NCBI GenBank assembly: GCA_965221835.1 | Contig: OZ244916.1 | Span: forward strand, 528,750-592,749 | Source: Gammaproteobacteria bacterium | GTDB taxonomy: Bacteria; Pseudomonadota; Gammaproteobacteria; Tethybacterales; Persebacteraceae | DNA length: 64,000 nucleotides | Direction: 5' to 3' | In this document: piece by piece, positions 7,298-15,284 of the stretch | Numbering within the stretch: position 1 is the stretch's first letter | How the letters are laid out: every line of letters begins with the position of its first letter | Notes under the pieces: model-generated | Told to the model about the DNA's origin: nothing | Seen by the model: only the letters and a program-made list of their open reading frames with translations | The model's database searches: none | Position numbers and translations under genes: made by a program

Positions 7298-9589
7298 GTG
7301 GAAATTGAACTGGAAATTAACGGGCAGAAAGTGCGGGCGCAAGAAGGCGCCACAATTATGCAGGTTGCAACGCAAATGGGGTTGTATATTCCCCATTTTT
7401 GCTGGCATCCGAAGTTGTCTATCGCCGCCAATTGCAGGATGTGTTTGGTGGAAGTGGAAAAATCGCCGAAACCGCTGCCGGCATGCGCTACCGTCGCGTT
7501 GGATGGAATGAGTGTGCAACTTTATTCGCCCAAAGCGAAAGAGGCGCAAAATAGCGTGATGGAGTTTTTGCTGATTAATCATCCGCTGGATTGCCCCATT
7601 TGCGACCAAGGCGGCGAATGTCAATTGCAAGATTTGGCGGTCGGTTATGGCGTTTCCAAATCGCGTTACGCCGAAGAAAAACGCGTTGTGCTGGAAAAAA
7701 ATCTCGGTCCGCTTATCGCTACCGATATGACACGATGCATTCATTGCACCCGCTGCGTCCGTTTCGGGCGCGAAATCGGCGGCATTATGGAACTCGGCAT
7801 GACCGGACGCGGCGAACACGCCGAAATTATGCCGTTCGTGGAACGCACCGTCAATTCCGAATTGTCCGGCAATATGATTGATGTCTGCCCCGTCGGCGCG
7901 CTGACTTCCAAACCTTTTCGGTTTACTGCGCGTCCGTGGGAGTTGTCGCATGCGCCCGGCATTTCGCCGCACGATTCGTGGGGCGCAAATCTGACTTTGC
8001 AAACCAAAGACGGAAATGTTATGCGCGTTGTCCCGCGCGAAAAAGAGGACATTAACGAATGCTGGATTTCGGACCGCGACCGCTTTTCATATCCCGGATT
8101 GGCAGCGGCGGATCGCGCGAAAACGCCGATGCTCCGCGCCCCCGATGCGCGACAATTTTCCGATGCGGGCTGGCGCGAATCTGTTGCCGTTGTCGTCCGC
8201 GAATTGCGAAAACGCGCGCCCGAAAAAACCGCGTTTTTTATTTCGCCGCACGCGACATGCGAAGAAATGTTTTTGTGGCAAAAACTCGCCCGCGCCCTCG
8301 GATGCGAAAATATCGATTCGCGATTGCGGCAACGCGATTTTTCGGCGGAAACGCCGTCCCGATTCGGATTTTCCGTTTCCGCGTTAGAAAAGGCGGGGGC
8401 GGTGTTGTTTGTCGGCGCGGATCCGGCGCGCGAACAGCCGCTTATCGCGCCCCGGTTGCGCAAACGCCGCCGCTTGTTTTCGGTCGGGGCGCGCAATATC
8501 GGCGGCGTTTTTCCGGCGGCGACTCAACAAATCTGCCGCCCGTCCGAAATCGCGATGCATTTGCGGCACATCAACGGACTTTTGAACGAAGCGCACCGTC
8601 TGGAAACATTGTTTGACGAAGGCAAAACCGTCGCCGAAGAAATCAAAACAATTGCGAAAAGTTTTGCCGCGCCGGCGAAAGGCGAAAAACACATTATCCT
8701 CGGCGATGCGGTTTGCGGCGCGGAAGATTTTGGCGATATTTTTCGGGCGGCGCAAATACTCGCCGAAACGACCGGCGCGAGTTTGGGGACGCTTTCTGCC
8801 GGTGCGAACGGCGCAGGCGCGCGACATTTCGGGGCGTTCGCGCGCGAGGGCGGAATGCCGGTCGGCGCGATGTTGCGCGCCGCACCCGATGCGGTAATGT
8901 TGTTCGGTTGCGAACCGCGCGATTTTGCCGAAAACGCGCTTGCAAAACAGACATTTGCCGCCGCCGGTTTTGTCTGCGTGCTCGCGCCTTTTAGCGGCGG
9001 CGTACGCGATTTTGCGCATGCGATTTTGCCGCTCGCGACATTCGGCGAAAACGAAGGAACGCTGATGAACGGCGAAGGAAAAATGCAACAATTTTCCGCT
9101 GTTGCCGCACCGCCCGCCGAATCGCGTCCGGGCTGGAAAGTGTTGCGTGTATTAGGAGAAGCGTTGGGTTTGGATGGATTCAAATTTAATACTTTGAACG
9201 AAGTGCGCGAAATGATGAAAGACGCGCCGCAGTTTTCGCCCGCGCTTTTGCAAAACGAAACCGCCGAATCGCTCGCGGATTCTTTGGAAGTTATCGGCGG
9301 CGTGCCGATTTACGATTCGGATATGCTCGTTCGCCGCGCGACTCCGTTGCAAAAAACGGCGCGCGGGGCGGAATCGGCGACCGTGCGAATGCATCCGGAC
9401 GATATGGCGCGACTCGGATTTGCGGACGGGGCGGCGGTTATTCTCGGCGACGGTGAAGCGGAAGAAGAATCGCGCGCGTTTGCGGATTCCGCCGTTGCGC
9501 GCGGGGCGATTGCCGCCTATCCGTCCGGGTTGTGCGGTGCGCGGCTTTGCGTGTCGGCGGCGGAAGTGCCGCAACAGGCGGCGGGTTGA
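7298..9589 (+). CDS. nuoG: NADH-quinone oxidoreductase subunit G
   Basis: 763 aa. N-terminal 2Fe-2S/4Fe-4S region INGQKV...[21 protein letters not shown]...[18 protein letters not shown]...[13 protein letters not shown] start with a GGGG Shine-Dalgarno 7 nt upstream. Confidence 0.95.
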   Translation: MEIELEINGQKVRAQEGATIMQVATQMGLYIPHFCWHPKLSIAANCRMCLVEVEKSPKPLPACATVALDGMSVQLYSPKAKEAQNSVMEFLLINHPLDCPICDQGGECQLQDLAVGYGVSKSRYAEEKRVVLEKNLGPLIATDMTRCIHCTRCVRFGREIGGIMELGMTGRGEHAEIMPFVERTVNSELSGNMIDVCPVGALTSKPFRFTARPWELSHAPGISPHDSWGANLTLQTKDGNVMRVVPREKEDINECWISDRDRFSYPGLAAADRAKTPMLRAPDARQFSDAGWRESVAVVVRELRKRAPEKTAFFISPHATCEEMFLWQKLARALGCENIDSRLRQRDFSAETPSRFGFSVSALEKAGAVLFVGADPAREQPLIAPRLRKRRRLFSVGARNIGGVFPAATQQICRPSEIAMHLRHINGLLNEAHRLETLFDEGKTVAEEIKTIAKSFAAPAKGEKHIILGDAVCGAEDFGDIFRAAQILAETTGASLGTLSAGANGAGARHFGAFAREGGMPVGAMLRAAPDAVMLFGCEPRDFAENALAKQTFAAAGFVCVLAPFSGGVRDFAHAILPLATFGENEGTLMNGEGKMQQFSAVAAPPAESRPGWKVLRVLGEALGLDGFKFNTLNEVREMMKDAPQFSPALLQNETAESLADSLEVIGGVPIYDSDMLVRRATPLQKTARGAESATVRMHPDDMARLGFADGAAVILGDGEAEEESRAFADSAVARGAIAAYPSGLCGARLCVSAAEVPQQAAG

Positions 9590-10644
9590 TGCAAGAATGG
9601 ATGCACGAAATGCTGTCGCCTTTTTTGGGCGATTATGCGGAGTGGGGGGCGATATTTTTCGCGACATTGGCGAAAATTGTGGCGATTGTCGCTCCGCTGA
9701 TGTTGTGCGTTGCCTATCTGACTTACGCCGAACGCCGCGTTATCGGCGCGATTCAATTGCGCATCGGACCGAATCGCGTGGGACCGTTCGGACTTTTGCA
9801 GCCGATTGCGGATGCGTTAAAACTTTTGCTGAAAGAAATTATTCTCCCCGCCGAATCCAGCCGTTTTTTGTTGCTAATTGCCCCGGCAATTTCGCTTACT
9901 GCGGCGTTGGCGGCGTGGGCGGTGATTCCGTTCGCGCCCGAAGTGGTTTTGGCGGATGTCAATGCGGGTTTGCTTTTCGTATTGGCGGCGACTTCGGTCG
10001 GCGTTTATGGCGTAATTATCGCGGGCTGGGCGTCTAACTCAAAATACGCGTTTTTGGGTTGCTTGCGTTCGGCGGCGCAAATTGTATCGTACGAAATTGC
10101 GATGGGTTTTGCGTTGGTGGTGGTTTTGATGGCGGCGGGCAGTTTAAATTTTTCCGAAATTGTAGAGGGGCAAGCGGGGGCGACTTTTTTGTCGTGGTAT
10201 TGGTTGCCGCTGTTTCCGATGTTTATCGTGTATTTTATTTCCGGCGTTGCCGAAACGAATCGCGCACCGTTTGATGTGGCGGAAGGCGAATCGGAAATTG
10301 TCGCGGGTTTTCATGTGGAATATTCGGGGATGGCGTTTGCGATATTTTTTCTCGCCGAATACGCAAATATGATTTTAATTTCCGCGTTGACGGCGGTGAT
10401 GTTTTTGGGCGGATGGCTGCCGCCGTTTGATTTTGCGCCGTTTACATGGGTGCCGGGAATGATTTGGTTGTTTATAAAAATCGCGTTTTTATTATTTTGT
10501 TTTTTGTGGTTGCGCGCGACATTTCCGCGTTATCGCTACGACCAAATCATGCGCCTCGGCTGGAAAGTTTTCATCCCCCTCACCATCGTCTGGCTCGTCA
10601 TCATCGGACTCTGGATGCAAACCCCGCTGTGGTTTTGGGATTGA
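9589..10644 (+). CDS. nuoH: NADH-quinone oxidoreductase subunit H
   Basis: Track ORF 9532-10644 trimmed to ATG 9589, which overlaps the nuoG stop (ATGA). [33 protein letters not shown] and [28 protein letters not shown] are NuoH/ND1 signatures. Confidence 0.93.
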   Translation: MQEWMHEMLSPFLGDYAEWGAIFFATLAKIVAIVAPLMLCVAYLTYAERRVIGAIQLRIGPNRVGPFGLLQPIADALKLLLKEIILPAESSRFLLLIAPAISLTAALAAWAVIPFAPEVVLADVNAGLLFVLAATSVGVYGVIIAGWASNSKYAFLGCLRSAAQIVSYEIAMGFALVVVLMAAGSLNFSEIVEGQAGATFLSWYWLPLFPMFIVYFISGVAETNRAPFDVAEGESEIVAGFHVEYSGMAFAIFFLAEYANMILISALTAVMFLGGWLPPFDFAPFTWVPGMIWLFIKIAFLLFCFLWLRATFPRYRYDQIMRLGWKVFIPLTIVWLVIIGLWMQTPLWFWD

Positions 10645-10729
10645 TAAAATTGATAAATGCGATGAAACGGACGGATTTTATTATCTAATTGAACTCCGAA
10701 AATAAAAATTATCAGACGAAGCGCAAAAA

Positions 10730-11449
10730 ATGTTTTTGACCGATGAAGAGCGGGCGTATGAACGCGGACGAGAGGGCGAAGACGCGGTGGGTTTGGAATT
10801 GATGCAACTGCCGGAAAACGACTACGCCGTTTTGCATAATTTGCTGCTACCCATCGGGCGGGGCTACACCCAAATTGATCATATTGTATTTTCCCGCAAA
10901 GGCGTTTGGGTTTTGGAAACCAAAACGGTGGGCGGCAACATTTACTGCAAAGCCGGCGACAGAACATGGACGCAAGTTATGCGAAACGGACATAAAACGG
11001 TGTTCCAAAATCCGATTCGGCAAAACTATAAACATGTACTTGCCGTGCAGAGAATAACCAGATTGCCGCGGGGTGCAATTTACGATATTATCGTTTTTGC
11101 GGGCGCCGCGATATTTCGGACACCGCGCCCGGAACAAGTTGTCATGTGCGATGAATTGCTGGATGAAATTTTTTCGCGCCGGGATGATTCGCTTTCGGTG
11201 ATGCAAATTAAGCGCGCCATTGCGGCGATATATTATGCCGACAAACAGAACAATGAAGAGGCGGTTAATAGACATTTGACGGATGTGCGGCAACGCAAGG
11301 AACGGAATGAACAGCGCCGCGCCCGGCGACTTGCCGCCCGGGAAATGCGCACGCAATATGCCGAAGGCAGTTCGTCTGCATATAACGGGAAAGGGTGTTT
11401 TTGGATTATAATCGCGGCATTAATATTCTTGTTTTTGTTTATTCGTTAA
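10730..11449 (+). CDS. NERD (nuclease-related domain) protein with C-terminal hydrophobic anchor
   Basis: 239 aa: GREGEDAVGLELMQL..YAVLHNLLLP..GYTQIDHIVFSRKGVWVLETKTVGGNIY...QNPIRQNYKHV fits the NERD pattern as I recall it. Basic RRARRLAAREMR stretch followed by CFWIIIAALIFLFLFI. Confidence 0.65.
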   Translation: MFLTDEERAYERGREGEDAVGLELMQLPENDYAVLHNLLLPIGRGYTQIDHIVFSRKGVWVLETKTVGGNIYCKAGDRTWTQVMRNGHKTVFQNPIRQNYKHVLAVQRITRLPRGAIYDIIVFAGAAIFRTPRPEQVVMCDELLDEIFSRRDDSLSVMQIKRAIAAIYYADKQNNEEAVNRHLTDVRQRKERNEQRRARRLAAREMRTQYAEGSSSAYNGKGCFWIIIAALIFLFLFIR

Positions 11450-11451
11450 AT

Positions 11452-12519
11452 ATGCGCCGAAAAATTTTCCCGTCCGTCAATCAAAATCGCCGCCGTCTGT
11501 TGCGGATGTTGGGGGCGGTGGTGGCGATTCCGTTTGTTGGGAAAAGCGGGCGGGGCGGGGCGGCGGAAAATCTGCCGTTTCATCATTTGCCGAACGGGGA
11601 GTTTCGCAACAACTTTATCGGGCAAATCAATAAACCGTTCGCCGATTTATTAAAATGGCGGCGCGAGGCACCTGTTCGTCCGCTATTATCGTTTCCGCTT
11701 GCCGCAAACGATTCCGCATTTTTGCGCGACAACCGCACGCGAAATACGATTACTTGGATAGGGCATTCAACTCTTTTGTTGCAAATCGGCGGCGCGAATA
11801 TTCTCACCGACCCGCATTTTTCGGAACGCGCTTCGCCGTTTTCTTTCGCCGGTCCGAAACGCGGTACGCCGCCGGGAATAAATATAAACGATTTGCCGAA
11901 AATTGATGCGGTCGTCATTTCGCACAATCATTATGATCATTTAGATTCCGATTCTATTAAAATGTTGGCGCGTAAAAATCCGGCGGCGCGATTTTTTTGT
12001 CCGCTTAAAAACGGGGCATTTTTGTCGGCACGAGGTGCGCGCGATGTTCGCGAATTGGATTGGGGCGAGTTTGCCGAATTTAACGGCGTGCGATTTACTG
12101 CCGCACCGTGTCAGCATTGGAGTTCGCGTTTTCCGTGGGACCGCAATCGGGCGTTGTGGGCGGCGTGGATTTTGGAATCGCCGTCTTTTCGTTTTTTGTT
12201 TGTCGGCGACACCGGCTATTCGCCCGATTTCGCCGCACTCGGCGAAAAATACGGCGGTTTTGATTGGGCGGCAATTCCGGTTGGCGCATACGAACCGCGA
12301 TGGTTTATGCGGCAGGCGCACATTGACGGGCGCGAAGCGGCGCAAATTTATTTGGACACAAAAACGAAAAACGCGGTCGGGATTCATTGGGGGGCTTTTC
12401 AATTGACCGACGAACCGATGGACGAACCGCCGCAAAAACTGCGACAAGCGGCGGCGGAAATCGGCGCGCAAAACTTTCATTTATTTCAACACGGCGAAAC
12501 GCGCGTTTTGGATTCTTGA
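11452..12519 (+). CDS. MBL-fold metallo-hydrolase (NAPE-PLD-like), Tat-type signal
   Basis: Track ORF trimmed to MRRKIFPSVNQNRRRLLRMLGAVVAIPFV. Contains ISHNHYDHLD (the metallo-beta-lactamase HxHxDH motif) and VGDTGY. The start lies 3 nt after the NERD gene stop. Confidence 0.8.
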   Translation: MRRKIFPSVNQNRRRLLRMLGAVVAIPFVGKSGRGGAAENLPFHHLPNGEFRNNFIGQINKPFADLLKWRREAPVRPLLSFPLAANDSAFLRDNRTRNTITWIGHSTLLLQIGGANILTDPHFSERASPFSFAGPKRGTPPGININDLPKIDAVVISHNHYDHLDSDSIKMLARKNPAARFFCPLKNGAFLSARGARDVRELDWGEFAEFNGVRFTAAPCQHWSSRFPWDRNRALWAAWILESPSFRFLFVGDTGYSPDFAALGEKYGGFDWAAIPVGAYEPRWFMRQAHIDGREAAQIYLDTKTKNAVGIHWGAFQLTDEPMDEPPQKLRQAAAEIGAQNFHLFQHGETRVLDS

Positions 12520-12521
12520 CG

Positions 12522-13355
12522 ATGTGCGCGGAAAATATCCGGCGGTGGCGTTGCGGCGAGTTTGTTTTTTTTCTGAATCGCCCGCTGATTATGGGAATCG
12601 TCAACGCGACTCCCGATTCGTTTTCGGATGGCGGATGTTTTGCCGCCGCCGCAGATGCTATCGCACACGGGCGCAAAATGTTGGAAGACGGCGCGGATAT
12701 TTTGGATGTCGGCGGCGAATCTACGCGCCCGAATGCGATTCCGGTGGATGCCGAAACCGAAAAACGCCGCATTTTGCCGGTGATTGAATCGCTGGCAAAA
12801 GAGGGCGCGGCGATTTCCGCCGATACGATGAAACCGGCAGTAATGCGCGGGGCGTTGGAATCGGGCGCTTGCATTCTCAACGATGTGTGCGGATTTTCGT
12901 CCGCCGATTCGCGCGCCGTTGCTGCCGATTCCGATTGCGGCGTTGTCGTAATGCACATGAAAGGCGACCCGCAAACGATGCAAAATGCGCCGGTATATGA
13001 CGATGTTTGCGCCGAAGTTGCGGCATTTTTGCACAATCGCGCCGATGAATTGCAATCCGCCGGAATCGCGGCGGAACGAATTTGCATAGACCCCGGAATC
13101 GGTTTCGGCAAAACGGCGGCACATAATTTGCAATTAATGCGCGGGCTTTCGCGGCTGGACGAAAAATATCCGCTATTGTTGGGCGCCTCCCGCAAATCGT
13201 GGTTGCGCGCGATGTGCGGGGAAGATATGCAAATGCGCGATATTGCGGGCGCGGCGGCGGCGGCAATTTTGGCATCTCGCGGCGCGGCGATATTGCGCGT
13301 ACATAATGTTGCGGCAACGCGAGTCGCATTGCAAATCGCGGCGGCGTTAGAATAA
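12522..13355 (+). CDS. folP: dihydropteroate synthase
   Basis: Trimmed to ATG 12522. Contains IMGIVNATPDSFSDGG, DILDVGGESTRP and IDPGIGFGKT. Confidence 0.9.
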   Translation: MCAENIRRWRCGEFVFFLNRPLIMGIVNATPDSFSDGGCFAAAADAIAHGRKMLEDGADILDVGGESTRPNAIPVDAETEKRRILPVIESLAKEGAAISADTMKPAVMRGALESGACILNDVCGFSSADSRAVAADSDCGVVVMHMKGDPQTMQNAPVYDDVCAEVAAFLHNRADELQSAGIAAERICIDPGIGFGKTAAHNLQLMRGLSRLDEKYPLLLGASRKSWLRAMCGEDMQMRDIAGAAAAAILASRGAAILRVHNVAATRVALQIAAALE

Positions 13356-13399
13356 TCCGCGGTTATCGCATAATGCGCGGTTAGCGAAATAATCCGCGA

Positions 13400-13900
13400 T
13401 TATCGTGAACGGTTGGGTTTTTGTTCGCCGAAAATATCGTCAAACTCGCAGGGCGATTCTTCTTTTTTTTGCGGTTTCTTTCCCGCCGAATCGTCATAAC
13501 CGGAATCGTAAAATACCGTTTCCGGCGGCGGCGGCGGGGGCGGCGGCGGAATGTTTTCGGCTTCTTGCGGGAGCGGCGGCGGCATATTTTTTATGGACAA
13601 CGCGCTTTTTGTCGGCGGCGTATTTGGCATCGGCGGGGCGGTTTGTATCGGCGGAGATTTTTTGGGCGGGGAGATATTTTCCCAATCTGCTTCGTCCATT
13701 TCGGTTTTTTTGCCGGGCGTAATGCGATGCCATTTTTTAACATTCGGATTGAATCGTTCGGCGAGTGCCATTGACAAATAAATGAGCGCGGCGAGACAAA
13801 TCAGCATCGCGAAACCGGTGATGAAACTTGCTTCTTTGGCGCCGACATCAATAAATGTGGTGGCGGCAACTAAAACGAGAATGGCGACAATTTCGCGCAT
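13400..13900 (-). CDS. hypothetical membrane protein with proline-rich tail (PPPPPPPPP)
   Basis: 166 aa. Two N-terminal hydrophobic helices, then SPPKKSPPIQTAPPMPNTPPTK...IPPPPPPPPPETVFYDSGYDD. Its start lies 1 nt after the LysR-family gene stop. Confidence 0.5.
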   Translation of the reverse strand: MREIVAILVLVAATTFIDVGAKEASFITGFAMLICLAALIYLSMALAERFNPNVKKWHRITPGKKTEMDEADWENISPPKKSPPIQTAPPMPNTPPTKSALSIKNMPPPLPQEAENIPPPPPPPPPETVFYDSGYDDSAGKKPQKKEESPCEFDDIFGEQKPNRSR

Positions 13901-13901
13901 G

Positions 13902-14888
13902 TTAGTTGGCGGTGGTTTGGAACATTGCGATGTCGCTTGCCGCTTCTTCGGTCAACCATTCGCGCAACGCGGCAATTTTGGGCGATTCCCAGATTTCTTT
14001 GCGCGCGCACAAATAGCAACCGGATTGGACTGGTACGCGAATGCCGAGCGGGTCGGTTAGCAATCCTTTTCGCACATCGTCTGCGGCGAGCGACGAACGC
14101 GCGATGGCGATTCCGTGTCCTTCTATCGCCGCTTGCAGAGTCAAATCGCTTTGGGTAAAAAGTCGTCCGTCGCGGATATTGATTTTTTGACCGGGGGCGG
14201 CGATTCGCATCCATGCGTGCCAATCCAGATTTCGTTTGCTGGCGATTTCGGTTTGGTCGTGCAAAAGCGTATGAAAACGCAAATCGTCCGGCGTGCGCAA
14301 GGGGCGGGCGGCGTCTTGCAAATACGCCGGGCTGCATACCGCAAATAATGTTTCGCGCCATAAAAGTTGCGAACGCAACGCCGCGGAAGCGGGGGCGGAC
14401 GGCAGATTAATTGCCGCGAGTTCCACATCTTCGCGTTCCACATCAATGGTGTGATTGTACGAGCGGATAATCATCGGCAAATCGGGGTGTCGGCGGTAAA
14501 AGCGGTGCAGACGCGGAATTAGCCATTTGGCAGTAAAAGACGAAAGCGCGCCGAATACGGTGCTGCCGCCGAGTTGCCCGGAAACGATTTGCGCGATGGC
14601 GCGGTCAATATCGGACATTGCGCGGGAAAGTTTTTCGTACAAAAAACGCCCTTCGGCGGTGAGGGCGATGCCGCCTCTTCGCCGCGACATCAATCCGCAT
14701 CCGACGCTTGTTTCCAGTTGTTTGATTCGCTGGCTGACGGCACTCGGCGTTACTTGCAGATATTCGGCGGCGTGTGTGAAACTGTCGCGGCGGACGACTT
14801 CGCAAAAAACGCGAATGGCGGATAATGAATAGGCGCGGTTGTCCTTGCCGTCGTCGTGAATAATGTGCGCTGCTGCGGTTGCGGTCAT
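13902..14888 (-). CDS. LysR-family transcriptional regulator
   Basis: Track ORF 13902-15041 overlaps tRNA-Leu, so it is trimmed to ATG 14888 (MTATAAAH...). HTH region FCEVVRRDSFTHAAEYLQVTPSAVSQRIKQLE. 328 aa is a typical LysR length. Confidence 0.85.
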   Translation of the reverse strand: MTATAAAHIIHDDGKDNRAYSLSAIRVFCEVVRRDSFTHAAEYLQVTPSAVSQRIKQLETSVGCGLMSRRRGGIALTAEGRFLYEKLSRAMSDIDRAIAQIVSGQLGGSTVFGALSSFTAKWLIPRLHRFYRRHPDLPMIIRSYNHTIDVEREDVELAAINLPSAPASAALRSQLLWRETLFAVCSPAYLQDAARPLRTPDDLRFHTLLHDQTEIASKRNLDWHAWMRIAAPGQKINIRDGRLFTQSDLTLQAAIEGHGIAIARSSLAADDVRKGLLTDPLGIRVPVQSGCYLCARKEIWESPKIAALREWLTEEAASDIAMFQTTAN

Positions 14889-14982
14889 GGCGTTGGATTG
14901 TTGCGGCAATATTACCATTAATCGGGCGGGAATGTGCAAATTGGTATTGCGGCGGCAATTTGCGTTATAATTTCGGAAGGAT

Positions 14983-15066
14983 GCCGAGGTGGCGGAATTG
15001 GTAGACGCGCCGGACTCAAAATCCGGTGTCGGAAACGGCATGAGGGTTCGAGTCCCTCCTTCGGCA
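14983..15066 (+). tRNA. tRNA-Leu (anticodon CAA)
   Basis: GCCGAGGTGGCGGAATTGGTAGACGCG-CCGGA-CTCAAAA-TCCGG, a long variable arm, then GAGGGTTCGAGTCCCTC-CTTCGGC-A. Folded by hand into a cloverleaf. Closely resembles E. coli tRNA-Leu. Confidence 0.9.
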
Positions 15067-15070
15067 CCGC

Positions 15071-15144
<74 letters not shown>

Positions 15145-15284
15145 CGGTTTTGCGCATTCCGGCGAAACGCGGCGATTTTTTTCTTAAATTGATCGCCCCG
15201 ATTTTGCCATCGCGCCCAAAATCAGGTATAATTTCCGATATATTTTTCGAGGGGATTTTTGGGGGATTAATGGGAGTAAAAACG

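Noticed and set aside
9532-9588. Longer nuoH start at 9532 overlapping nuoG by 58 nt
   Set aside because: The ATG at 9589 overlaps the nuoG stop (ATGA) and yields a NuoH N-terminus of normal length. The upstream residues are Arg/Gly-rich and unconserved.
14889-15041. 5' extension of the LysR-family ORF
   Set aside because: It would overlap tRNA-Leu on the opposite strand and add ~50 non-homologous residues. ATG 14888 gives a normal ~328-aa LysR with the HTH near the N-terminus.
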